From the NCBI GenBank assembly GCA_036653735.1, contig JAVVTI010000002.1, positions 1-60,079 of the forward strand: DNA of 60,079 bases, given 5' to 3'. The DNA comes from Bacilli bacterium (GTDB lineage: Bacteria > Bacillota_I > Bacilli_A > RF39 > UBA660). The notes beneath the pieces were generated by a model. That model was not told the origin of the DNA, made no database searches, and saw only the letters and a list, made by a program, of their open reading frames with translations. How positions within the stretch are numbered: position 1 is the stretch's first letter; each line of letters begins with the position of its first letter. The translations under genes and the position numbers were made by a program. Positions 48,656-57,590 of this stretch are shown piece by piece.

Positions 48656-48684
48656 ATTATATATTATAAAATACACATTGTCAA
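48656..48684 (-). promoter_or_regulatory. Consensus sigma-A promoter for the ileS T-box leader
   Basis: Minus strand reads TTGACA (48684-48679), a 17-nt spacer, then TATAAT (48661-48656). Confidence 0.65.
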
Positions 48685-48719
48685 ATCATACCTAATTTAT
48701 TTTTAATAATTTTTAGTCT

Positions 48720-49079
48720 CTAATCACAAACTAAAGTAGGTTTAAATTCATAATTAGGTTTACCATCTTCTAAAGGTTTTTTAACTATTAATTCTATTTT
48801 AGTTTTAGTTGTATCACAACTCTTATTAGTATTAGGATTAACAAACATAGAAGTATCATGTCCTATTCTTTCTTTCATTTCCTTAATAGTAGTAGAATAA
48901 ACACCTTCTTTAAGGGTAGTCTTACCTGTTATATAACTATCATAAATCAAAGTTCCATAAGAAACTAGTTTATCTTTAAGCTCATCATACTTAAAACTTT
49001 TATCAGTTTCCTTAGAACATCCTCCTAAAAACATTAAGCAAACAAATACCAAAACAAATATTACTTTACTTTCCTTCAT
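48720..49079 (-). CDS. Lipoprotein, translationally coupled to the upstream Gly/Cys-repeat protein gene
   Basis: Lipobox FLGGC. The ATG lies inside the last 14 nt of the upstream ORF (ATGAAGGAAAGTAA). A C-terminal Cys pair (..KSCD...LVCD) weakly resembles the pilin-like ORFs. Confidence 0.65.
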   Translation of the reverse strand: MKESKVIFVLVFVCLMFLGGCSKETDKSFKYDELKDKLVSYGTLIYDSYITGKTTLKEGVYSTTIKEMKERIGHDTSMFVNPNTNKSCDTTKTKIELIVKKPLEDGKPNYEFKPTLVCD

Positions 49080-50898
49080 AACTTATTTCCACCTTTCCTT
49101 TTCCTGAATTTTTAGTTAGTGATGTATCTGCAAAAATTATATCAGCACCTTTTACGGTAGTTCCTCCATTTCCTGGTTTACCTGGTGTAGTACATGTACT
49201 ACAATAACAGCTATAATATCCACCATAGGAAGCACATCCTCCCCCACAAGTTGAACAACCACATGAGTATGTTGGTGCCCATCCATTACATCCTCCTCCA
49301 CATGTTTGACAGCTTTGGACAACAGGACTATAGGACTTACATCCTCCTCCACATGTTTGGCAGTAACAATAATATGTTGGATATCGACTTACACAAGTTT
49401 TTACTAGGCCGTGGCAACCTCCAGCCGCATCTATTCTTGAGCAAGTAGTGTTCCATGAAGCACAGCCTCCGCCGCATGTAGAACAATTGCATTTATAAGT
49501 TGAATTCCAAGCAACACATCCACCTCCAGAACTAGTACAATTACAGTCATAAGTTGATGCATACGAGTTACAACCACCTCCACATGTAGAACAATTGCAA
49601 GAGTAGGTATCATTATATGAAATACATCCCCCACCACATGTAGAACAATTACATTCGTAATTATAATCAGGGCTAGAACCACCGCCTCCACCATTTATGC
49701 CATTAGAGCCTGCTCCAGCACCAGAACTTGTTCCTCCAAGTGCATCTCCAGAACCACCAATGCCTCCATTAGGACCTCCACCACCTCCTGCAATTTTAGC
49801 AAGTTCTATATTATTTAATTTAATAGTAGTAGCTCCACCTCCATAATATTTACCAGAGCCTCCACCACCAGTTCCATCTTGCCCACCAATCAATAATTTT
49901 AATTCTTGTCCTTTAGATAGGTAAATAGAAAATCCCTTTGTATCACCTGCTCCACCATTACCAGCTCCAGCAGATCCTGAAGCAATTATATTATAATGAC
50001 CACTATAAGGTACTACGTAGGTTTGCTCACTTGAAGAATATTCAAGCTTTTTCTTAAGTATTACTTGACACTGAGTGTCAGCATTTACATTACTTACTGT
50101 TATTGTATTACCTTCTAAAGTTATTGCTTTCTTATCATTACATTTTATATATGGATTATCTACATTATAAGAATTATCTATTACTTTAAAATCCTTAAAT
50201 ACAGCATTTTTATTAGGCTCTACTATAATCTCTTTTACATCAGTAGTAGCTCCTATAATATTTAAAGAAACTTTATAATTTTTAATTGTAAAGAATTCCA
50301 AACTACATTCAAGTGGATAAGAAGTGATTTTAGCAGATAAAGTATTATTTATATACTCAACACTTCCTCCATTGCAGGAAGAAAGCAATTCATAATTACC
50401 AGTTTTAGGAATGTTAGTTACCAAGGATCCGTCTAATCTAATTGAATTAAAAATAATATCAGCTTGATCATCAAATAAATAAGGATCTTTTGGAGTACCA
50501 CTTCCTTTTACCTTAGAATCTCTATTAACAAATGCTGTTTGTCTACCAAAAGAATTACTATTAATATCCTTATTTCTTACTATATTACCTGAAGCATCAA
50601 TAAAATAAACTTTATTATCAATAGCCTTGTCATTAAAAAGTGACTCTCGCTCATTGTACAAATAAGTACTAATATTATTACCACTTATTAAAAGAGTTTT
50701 ATCATATTCATCTTTAGTAAGTAAACTTGTATTACTATTAAAATTAGCTCCTTTATTATAAATATTATTATAATATGTATTTAAAACAGTATCTTTATTC
50801 TTATATGTAAATCCAGTTGATGCATAAACATAAGTACTCATAAAAAACATAGTAATAATCATTAAAATATAGGTGAATGTTTTTCTATTCTTATTCAT
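49066..50898 (-). CDS. Secreted multi-domain protein: signal peptide, beta-rich region, poly-Gly (Gly_rich/ALK-GRD-like) domain and about 8 tandem Cys-rich CxCxxCGGGC repeats
   Basis: The ATG at 50898 has a GGAG RBS, and the protein starts MNKNRKTFTYILMIITMFFMSTYVYA|S. The Gly-rich core runs YVVPYSGHYNIIASGSAGAGNGG...LLIGGQDGTGGGGSG..YGGGATT...AGGGGG. The repeats are read directly. Confidence 0.75.
   Translation of the reverse strand: MNKNRKTFTYILMIITMFFMSTYVYASTGFTYKNKDTVLNTYYNNIYNKGANFNSNTSLLTKDEYDKTLLISGNNISTYLYNERESLFNDKAIDNKVYFIDASGNIVRNKDINSNSFGRQTAFVNRDSKVKGSGTPKDPYLFDDQADIIFNSIRLDGSLVTNIPKTGNYELLSSCNGGSVEYINNTLSAKITSYPLECSLEFFTIKNYKVSLNIIGATTDVKEIIVEPNKNAVFKDFKVIDNSYNVDNPYIKCNDKKAITLEGNTITVSNVNADTQCQVILKKKLEYSSSEQTYVVPYSGHYNIIASGSAGAGNGGAGDTKGFSIYLSKGQELKLLIGGQDGTGGGGSGKYYGGGATTIKLNNIELAKIAGGGGGPNGGIGGSGDALGGTSSGAGAGSNGINGGGGGSSPDYNYECNCSTCGGGCISYNDTYSCNCSTCGGGCNSYASTYDCNCTSSGGGCVAWNSTYKCNCSTCGGGCASWNTTCSRIDAAGGCHGLVKTCVSRYPTYYCYCQTCGGGCKSYSPVVQSCQTCGGGCNGWAPTYSCGCSTCGGGCASYGGYYSCYCSTCTTPGKPGNGGTTVKGADIIFADTSLTKNSGKGKVEISYEGK
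49192..49653 (-). repeat. Coding tandem repeat with a period of about 48 nt (16 aa) and 8 units, some degenerate
   Basis: Units are YxCNCSTCGGGCxSYxxT (x2), ..CNCTSSGGGC.., ..CNCSTCGGGC.., one irregular spacer unit, then ..CYCQTCGGGC.., CQTCGGGC, CGCSTCGGGC and CYCSTC. A conserved core aattgttctacatg recurs in three units. Confidence 0.9.
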
Positions 50899-50987
50899 AT
50901 ATTTACTCCTATTTATATTATAAAATATATTTATGTTTTTTTCAATCATTATTTGATTTTTACTAATAAAAAATCATATGTTTTATT

Positions 50988-51347
50988 ATGAGTAGTGAAC
51001 TAAAGAAACTTTCTTTTGAAAAAATAATATGGGTAGTTTTTATAATTATAAGTTTACTTAATATTTATGGAACTTCTTTATTAGAAGAGTATGCTAAAAC
51101 AAAGGATTCAACTGATAAACTAACTGCTAAGAAGATTTTTATATTTACAGTTATAGTATCCTTTTTAATATATGCATACTTTGTATATAGAAATTATAAA
51201 CAATTAAAAGAAAACGAAAGAAATAATAAAGATACTAAACTTTATTATATAAGATTTATTGGAAGTTTACTAATAATAGCAGGGGTATTATTTATATTAT
51301 ATTTTCAAATATTTGAACCGGATTTAACAGGTTCACCAGCTATATAA
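50988..51347 (+). CDS. Small 3-TM membrane protein, function unknown
   Basis: Three hydrophobic helices. Divergent from the Gly/Cys-repeat gene. Confidence 0.5.
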   Translation: MSSELKKLSFEKIIWVVFIIISLLNIYGTSLLEEYAKTKDSTDKLTAKKIFIFTVIVSFLIYAYFVYRNYKQLKENERNNKDTKLYYIRFIGSLLIIAGVLFILYFQIFEPDLTGSPAI

Positions 51348-51357
51348 TAGTGCTTTT

Positions 51358-51963
51358 CTATCTAATACATACTTTATATTTATTCTTAATTCTTACTAAA
51401 GTATTTTCTATAGATCTTTTATCTTTATTAAGAATTTCAGCTATCTCAGTATTTGTCATATTTTTAAGTTTTAAATTAAACACTTCTTGTTCATAAGCTG
51501 TTAAACTCTTTTTAAGTTCATCTATTAGATACGTTGCATATTCTTTTTCTTCTACTTTTTTAGATGGATCACTATTATTATCATTAAATACTTCATAAAG
51601 AGATACATTATCATCAAGTATATTATTGTCTAATGAGAGTGATTCATTTAAAAATTTATTTTTATTTCTTTTAGCACTTCTTATATATTGTCTAATATTT
51701 GTTTCTATACAAACGGATGCATAAGTATAAAAAGTAACATTCTTCTTTTTATCAAAAGATTTCATAGCACTTATTAATCCAATAGTACCTTCTTGTATTA
51801 AATCACTTTTATCAACACCACAAGAAGAAGCATAAAGCATATTATATGAAGATATCTTATCTATTAGGGGTTTATATTTACTGATTAATAAAGTCTTAGA
51901 ATCTTCATTACCCTCATGTACTAAAAATAAACATTCATTATCATTTATATTCTTATAATCCAT
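51358..51963 (-). CDS. sigH: Sporulation/transition-state sigma factor SigH-like
   Basis: DLIQEGTIGLISAMKSFDKKKNVTFYTYASVCIETNIRQYIRSAKRNKNKFLNESLSLD aligns with B. subtilis SigH (DIVQEGMIGLYKSIRDFKEDKLTSFKAFAELCITRQIITAIKTATRQKHIPLNSYASLD). It lies downstream of rlmB, as in Bacillus. Confidence 0.75.
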   Translation of the reverse strand: MDYKNINDNECLFLVHEGNEDSKTLLISKYKPLIDKISSYNMLYASSCGVDKSDLIQEGTIGLISAMKSFDKKKNVTFYTYASVCIETNIRQYIRSAKRNKNKFLNESLSLDNNILDDNVSLYEVFNDNNSDPSKKVEEKEYATYLIDELKKSLTAYEQEVFNLKLKNMTNTEIAEILNKDKRSIENTLVRIKNKYKVCIR

Positions 51964-51964
51964 T

Positions 51965-52663
51965 TTAATCCTTTGTCTTTAAGACTTCATATATCATAAT
52001 ACCAGCTGCAACTGAAGCATTTAAACTATTAATTTGACCATTTAAAGGAAGAGATGCTATAAAATCACATTCTTCTCTAATAATATTTTTAAGTCCTTTA
52101 CCTTCGCTGCCTATTACTAAAACAGTTTTACCTTTATAATCTATTTTTTCATAGGGCGTACCAAAAGCATCAGTACCTATAATCCAAAAACCTTTCTTTT
52201 TAAGTTTTTGAAGACTACTTCTTAAATTAGCTACTTCACAGATTTTAGTATTAATTAAAGCACCTGCTGATGTTTTCATAACAGTTGCATTAACTGCTGC
52301 AATTCTTTTATTAGGTATAATTATATAGTCTACTCCAGCACATTCGCAAGTTCTAATTATTGCACCAAAGTTATGTGAATCTTCTATATGATCAAGAACT
52401 ACTATAAATGAAGCTTTATCAGACTCTAAAACATCATCAAAAGACTTAAAATGATATTCAGAAATATCTAAAACTATACCTTGTGAATTAGTAGATACTA
52501 ATTTATCTACTTTTTCTTTAGTTTCATAAATAGTCATAATATCTTTAGACTTTATATTATGTAAAATCTCCTTATCATCGAAATCTTTATATAAATAAAT
52601 CTTCTTTATTAAATTATCTTTCTTTAATAGCTCTTTTGCAACATTTTTACCATATACTAACAT
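51965..52663 (-). CDS. rlmB: 23S rRNA (guanosine-2'-O)-methyltransferase RlmB (YacO, SpoU/TrmH family)
   Basis: HNFGAIIRTCECAGV, VIGSEGKGL and SLNASVAAGIMIYE are the SpoU motifs. Confidence 0.85.
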   Translation of the reverse strand: MLVYGKNVAKELLKKDNLIKKIYLYKDFDDKEILHNIKSKDIMTIYETKEKVDKLVSTNSQGIVLDISEYHFKSFDDVLESDKASFIVVLDHIEDSHNFGAIIRTCECAGVDYIIIPNKRIAAVNATVMKTSAGALINTKICEVANLRSSLQKLKKKGFWIIGTDAFGTPYEKIDYKGKTVLVIGSEGKGLKNIIREECDFIASLPLNGQINSLNASVAAGIMIYEVLKTKD

Positions 52664-52732
52664 TTAAAAGCCCTCCCAATAAACAATATCATAACATATT
52701 TTAGCAAATAAACCTACAGGAAATAAAATATA

Positions 52733-53242
52733 TTATAAAATTTCTTCTAATTCATTAACACTTGTTATAACACTAAATACTTTATTATCAATAAATTTTT
52801 CTTTACTTAAAAAATCTATAAACTCAAGAAATTTATCATAGAAATGATCATAATTAAATAATACTATCTTACCATTAACATTATTAGTAAATACTCCCAT
52901 TATAGAAGTAAATAACTCATTTTGAGTACCAAATCCACCAGGTAAAACAAGTATAACATCACACTTCATAAAATATGATAACTGATCAAATATACTATCA
53001 CATATAATTGTAGTAGTCTCCTTATAGTTACTATCATCTAATTCTCTACTAAGAATATCTTTAATAGCTCCATTATTTTCTATGCATGATTGATAAAGTC
53101 TTTTCATCATACCAGTTTTTCTTGCTCCCATATATATTTCATAATTTTTATTTATACATACTTTTGCTACATTAGTACTAAGAGCATAATACTTACTATT
53201 TACACACTCACTTGATGAAAGAGCAATAAATATTTTTTTCAT
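52733..53242 (-). CDS. LOG family (TIGR00730) nucleotide phosphoribohydrolase-like protein
   Basis: PGGFGTQNELFT (PGGxGTxxE motif). 169 aa with a Rossmann-like fold. Confidence 0.7.
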   Translation of the reverse strand: MKKIFIALSSSECVNSKYYALSTNVAKVCINKNYEIYMGARKTGMMKRLYQSCIENNGAIKDILSRELDDSNYKETTTIICDSIFDQLSYFMKCDVILVLPGGFGTQNELFTSIMGVFTNNVNGKIVLFNYDHFYDKFLEFIDFLSKEKFIDNKVFSVITSVNELEEIL

Positions 53243-53245
53243 AGT

Positions 53246-54145
53246 TTACTTACCTCCAGATATATCTTTTTTAGCACTTGTTGCAGCAATTGCTCCATCA
53301 GATGCTGCAGTTACTATTTGGTATAGTCCTTTATCAATAGCATCTCCACAAGCATAAATACCTTTAACACTTGTTCTCATACTATCAGATACTTCTATAT
53401 AACCTTTATCATTTATAATATCTATTTTATTTAAAAAATCAGTCATAGGCTCAAAACCTATATATACAAAAATAGCTTTTACATCTATTTCTCTTTTATT
53501 ATTTAGTACAACAGAACTAATTTTATCATTTAAGAGATTAACTGTTTCAATATCAAAAGGCTTGATAATTTCAATATTCTTACACGCTTTAGCATTATTA
53601 ATAAGTATTTCATCTGCTCTTAATGTATCATTTCTATTAATTATATATACTTTACTACATATATTAGCTAGGTATACTCCTTCTTCAAAAGCAGAATTTC
53701 CTCCACCTATTACTGCTACTGGTTTATTCTTATAAAGAGCAGCATCACATATAGCACAGTAACTTATTCCTTTACCAGTTAAATTAAATTTCTTTTCTAT
53801 ATTAGGCTTTTTCTTTTGTCTTCCAGTACATATTATAATAGTTTTAGTTTCATAAGTACTATTAACTGTTTTAACAATTTTTTTACTCTTAAGATTCTCT
53901 ATATCTATTACTTCTTCTATTTTATATTCTATTTCTTCATTTAAAATATGTTCAAACATTTTATATGCTAAATCAGGTCCACTTATATTATCGTATCCAA
54001 TAAAATTATCAACTATATTAGTAGAGTTAATAAGACCACCTGGGGCACTCTTTTCCAAACATAAAACTTTAAGACCACTTCTTTTTGCATATACTGCAGC
54101 ACTCATTCCAGCTGGTCCCATTCCAATTATTATACAATCATACAT
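53246..54145 (-). CDS. trxB: Thioredoxin reductase-family flavoprotein
   Basis: IIGMGPAGMSAA (FAD motif), CAIC redox-active dithiol, GGGNSAFEE. 299 aa. Confidence 0.85.
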   Translation of the reverse strand: MYDCIIIGMGPAGMSAAVYAKRSGLKVLCLEKSAPGGLINSTNIVDNFIGYDNISGPDLAYKMFEHILNEEIEYKIEEVIDIENLKSKKIVKTVNSTYETKTIIICTGRQKKKPNIEKKFNLTGKGISYCAICDAALYKNKPVAVIGGGNSAFEEGVYLANICSKVYIINRNDTLRADEILINNAKACKNIEIIKPFDIETVNLLNDKISSVVLNNKREIDVKAIFVYIGFEPMTDFLNKIDIINDKGYIEVSDSMRTSVKGIYACGDAIDKGLYQIVTAASDGAIAATSAKKDISGGK

Positions 54146-54159
54146 AAATATTTCTCCCT

Positions 54160-54975
54160 TTAAAAGTTTTTAACTTTTTCCTTATCCTTAGTATTATATA
54201 AATCATTAAGTGCTGGTTTTTTAGATTGTATCATAATAAGTATAAAACCAGCAAAGAATAATATAATACTAACTACTTGTGCTATTTTAAAACTACCTAA
54301 CATAAGACTATCAGTTCTTAAGCTTTCTATTACAAATCTACCTACTGAGTACCACATTAAATATGTTCCTACTTGTTGACCAAGTCTTATATATTTGTAA
54401 TGCCTAATAGTTAATATGAATATAGCACCTAAAACACACCATAAACTTTCAAAGTAAAAGGTAGGAACTCGGTATAATCCATCAATAAGCATTCCATTAA
54501 TTACAGCACTGGGTATAAATAACTTATGAAGTGTTTCAAGTGAAGTAACAGGTCCATAGGCTTCACTATTAAAGAAATTACCCCATCTACCTATTGCTTG
54601 AGCAATAAGAACAAAAGGTACTGCTACATCTAGTACTCTTAATACACTTACTTTATACTTTTTACAATATATTAATATAGTAAAGAATCCAAAGATTAAT
54701 CCTCCATGCATAGCAAGTCCACCATGCCATACTTTAAGTATCTCTATAGGATTAGCAGCATAGTATTCCCACTGAAAGGCAACATAATATAACCTAGCTC
54801 CTAAGAAACCAAATATAACACACCAAAATATTAAATTAACCATAAATGTCTTATCAATACCAAACTTATAGGATTCTTTAACAATAAAAATACTTGCTAA
54901 AATAATGCCTATTATTATAAAGACACTATACCAAGTTATATTAAAATATGATGTACTAATTATATTAGGATTCAT
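54160..54975 (-). CDS. lgt: Prolipoprotein diacylglyceryl transferase
   Basis: GARLYYV, HGGLIFG and GRWGNFFNSEAYG motifs in a polytopic protein. Confidence 0.9.
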   Translation of the reverse strand: MNPNIISTSYFNITWYSVFIIIGIILASIFIVKESYKFGIDKTFMVNLIFWCVIFGFLGARLYYVAFQWEYYAANPIEILKVWHGGLAMHGGLIFGFFTILIYCKKYKVSVLRVLDVAVPFVLIAQAIGRWGNFFNSEAYGPVTSLETLHKLFIPSAVINGMLIDGLYRVPTFYFESLWCVLGAIFILTIRHYKYIRLGQQVGTYLMWYSVGRFVIESLRTDSLMLGSFKIAQVVSIILFFAGFILIMIQSKKPALNDLYNTKDKEKVKNF

Positions 54976-55364
54976 GCGTTATTCCTCTTAATAGGTTCTA
55001 CTATTAAAGAGTTAAGAATAATTTTCATAATACTTATAAATATTGCTATAAAAAAAGGTACAAGAAAACCCTCTATTATAAAGTTGCTTCCTAGTATTAA
55101 TGAAGTAATTTTAAGCACAAGTACATTTACAATAGGATATAAAATTCCTAGAGTCATAATAGTTATAGGAAGCATTACTATAGTAAGTATAGGTTTAATA
55201 GTAGCATTAAATACACTTATTAAAGTAGATGCAAGTAGTGCATACCAAAAGGATGATATATAAAACCCTTTAAATAAAACACTAGCAAGTAATAGTACTA
55301 ATGCAAAAACAAACATCTCCAAAATAATTTCAAATATTATATTAATAACTTTCTTTTCTTTCAT
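54972..55364 (-). CDS. Phage_holin_4_2 / YvlD-like 4-TM membrane protein
   Basis: ..LISVFNATIKPILTIVMLPITIMTLGILYPIVNVLVLKIT..IIEGF.. matches the family pattern. The ATG at 55364 has an AAAGGA RBS. Confidence 0.6.
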   Translation of the reverse strand: MKEKKVINIIFEIILEMFVFALVLLLASVLFKGFYISSFWYALLASTLISVFNATIKPILTIVMLPITIMTLGILYPIVNVLVLKITSLILGSNFIIEGFLVPFFIAIFISIMKIILNSLIVEPIKRNNA

Positions 55365-55436
55365 AAAATATCCTTTCATAACTATTATAATATAAAACCC
55401 TTAAAGATAAAAGTACTTTTAAACAATTAATATATA

Positions 55437-57590
55437 TTAATTAAAAAATGTCTGTAATAAAGTCTTTCTCTTACTAGAATATAAATTCTCTACACTTTCA
55501 TTAATACTATCTATAGTACCTATTAAATATAACTTTTTCTTAGCACGGGATACCCCAGTATATAGTAGTTTATTATATAACATTCTTCTAAAAGAAGAAG
55601 AAAGTATAATAACAGTATAATCATACTCACTGCCTTGACTCTTATGAATACTTATAGCATATGCTAAAGTAAATTTATCATAATCACCTTGTCTATATGT
55701 AACTATTGTACCACTATAATCAATAAATACTTCCTCCTGTACTATCTTTCTAATATAACCAATATCTCCATTAAATACATTGTTTTCTACATCATTTACA
55801 AGTTGAAGAACTTTATCATTTTCTCTATATCTTTTACCATAATAAAATAATTCTTTCTTATTAATATCTTTAGGATTAAATATACTTTGCATAAAGCTAT
55901 TAATATTATCTATACCATTTATTCCACTATACATAGGTATTAATACTTGAAAATTATCTAAGGATACTTTCTTACTTATTATATCATCACATATATCCTT
56001 TAAATGTTCTTTAGTATTTTTATCATTAGATTCTATAAACATAAAATCATTATAATTATCAAACTTACTAAAATTAACTTGGTTCTTTATATCTATAGCA
56101 AAATCTATTATATAACTTCCTTCTTTTGCTCTATATATTTTATTTAAAATACACTTATTAATAATCTCACAATTAATAAGATCACCTAGTACATTACCAG
56201 GAGCTATAGAAGGAAGTTGGTTATTATCTCCTACTAGAATTATCTTAACATTATCTTCAAGTGCTTTAAGTAAACTTTGCATAAGAAATACATCTATCAT
56301 AGAACTTTCATCTACTATAATAAATTTTACTGTAGACTTATTTTTTTCATTAGTAGAAAAAGCTTTAGTTTCTTTATTCCAGCCTAAGAATTTATGAATA
56401 GTACTTGCTTTAATTAAAGTAGACTCAGCAAGTCTTTTAGAGGCTCTTCCAGTAGGAGCAAGACATGCTACATCATAGAAATAATTACAATGGGTTAGCT
56501 GTTCATATATATTAAGAATAGCCTTAATGATAGTTGTTTTACCAGTACCAGGTCCTCCACTTATAATGAAAAAATTATTTATAATAGAACCTTTAATAGC
56601 ATTAACTTGCTCACTATTAAATACTATATTATTATTCTTTTCATATAAAGATATTAAATTATTAAGTTTAACTGTGTCATAAGAGTCTTGTAGTTTTTTA
56701 CATAGCTTAACTCTTAGTGAAATATATTCTTCTGCTTTATAATAATCATATAAAGTAATATAACTTCCAACTGCATATATTCTTTTAAGACTTACTAAAT
56801 CATTTAGATACATTTTAAAATCACTTGTATTAATATTTTTACTAAAATATCTATTTACATTTATATAAATATTTTCTATAAGTGCTACAGTATTACCTGT
56901 TTTAATGCAAATTTCATTAGTAACAAACTCTATTAAAGCATAGATTCTGTTTTTAGATTTCTCTTCATTCTTTTTAAGAAATATACCATCTAACTTATCA
57001 AACTTAATATCATCCTTTAATATGTATATATCGCTTTCTATTATATTAGTAATATTACCCATATATTTACTAACTAAATTAAGGGATTCTTTAGTAGTAA
57101 AACCTAAGGAACTAAGGTACATAATAGTTTCTTCTTCTTTACCTATTTCTTTAAGTTTACTTCTTAAATCTAGCAAACGTCTATTACTTAATACAGTTGT
57201 GGGTATATCACTACTATCATTCTTAAGTACTTCTAAAGTCTTTTCTTTATATAATTCAGTTAATTTCTTGGCTGTTTTAATACCTATTCCTTTGAAAATA
57301 CCACTACTTAGGTAAACAACAATTCCATCTACATCTGTTGGAATCTTAACCTCGTAGCTACTAGTATTAAACTGATAACCATATTTACTATTATCAGCAA
57401 AATTTCCATGTAAAATATAGTCTGTATCAAGTTCTAATTTAATAAATACCCCAGTAATAATAGCACACTTACCAATATACTCCTTACCTTCATCAAAATT
57501 AGTATCTTTAACCTTAAAAACTGCAACACAAAAACCACTTCCTGTGCTACATATAATTTTCCTAACGTTTCCAGATATAAAATTTTCCAT
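55437..57590 (-). CDS. recD2: ATP-dependent RecD2-like DNA helicase (RecD/TraA family, YrrC-like)
   Basis: Walker A GGPGTGKTT, Walker B VDESSMID, and a C-terminal AISIHKSQGSEYD. Confidence 0.85.
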   Translation of the reverse strand: MENFISGNVRKIICSTGSGFCVAVFKVKDTNFDEGKEYIGKCAIITGVFIKLELDTDYILHGNFADNSKYGYQFNTSSYEVKIPTDVDGIVVYLSSGIFKGIGIKTAKKLTELYKEKTLEVLKNDSSDIPTTVLSNRRLLDLRSKLKEIGKEEETIMYLSSLGFTTKESLNLVSKYMGNITNIIESDIYILKDDIKFDKLDGIFLKKNEEKSKNRIYALIEFVTNEICIKTGNTVALIENIYINVNRYFSKNINTSDFKMYLNDLVSLKRIYAVGSYITLYDYYKAEEYISLRVKLCKKLQDSYDTVKLNNLISLYEKNNNIVFNSEQVNAIKGSIINNFFIISGGPGTGKTTIIKAILNIYEQLTHCNYFYDVACLAPTGRASKRLAESTLIKASTIHKFLGWNKETKAFSTNEKNKSTVKFIIVDESSMIDVFLMQSLLKALEDNVKIILVGDNNQLPSIAPGNVLGDLINCEIINKCILNKIYRAKEGSYIIDFAIDIKNQVNFSKFDNYNDFMFIESNDKNTKEHLKDICDDIISKKVSLDNFQVLIPMYSGINGIDNINSFMQSIFNPKDINKKELFYYGKRYRENDKVLQLVNDVENNVFNGDIGYIRKIVQEEVFIDYSGTIVTYRQGDYDKFTLAYAISIHKSQGSEYDYTVIILSSSFRRMLYNKLLYTGVSRAKKKLYLIGTIDSINESVENLYSSKRKTLLQTFFN

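Noticed and set aside
49152-49694. Short ORFs in other frames or on the other strand across the Cys-repeat array (49152-49352, 49194-49448, 49431-49694). Also the possibility that the periodic repeats are a CRISPR-like array.
   Set aside because: The 48-nt periodicity is in frame with a 610-aa ORF, encodes a coherent peptide repeat and has no spacer/repeat alternation. It is a coding tandem repeat, not CRISPR, and the extra ORFs are shadows.
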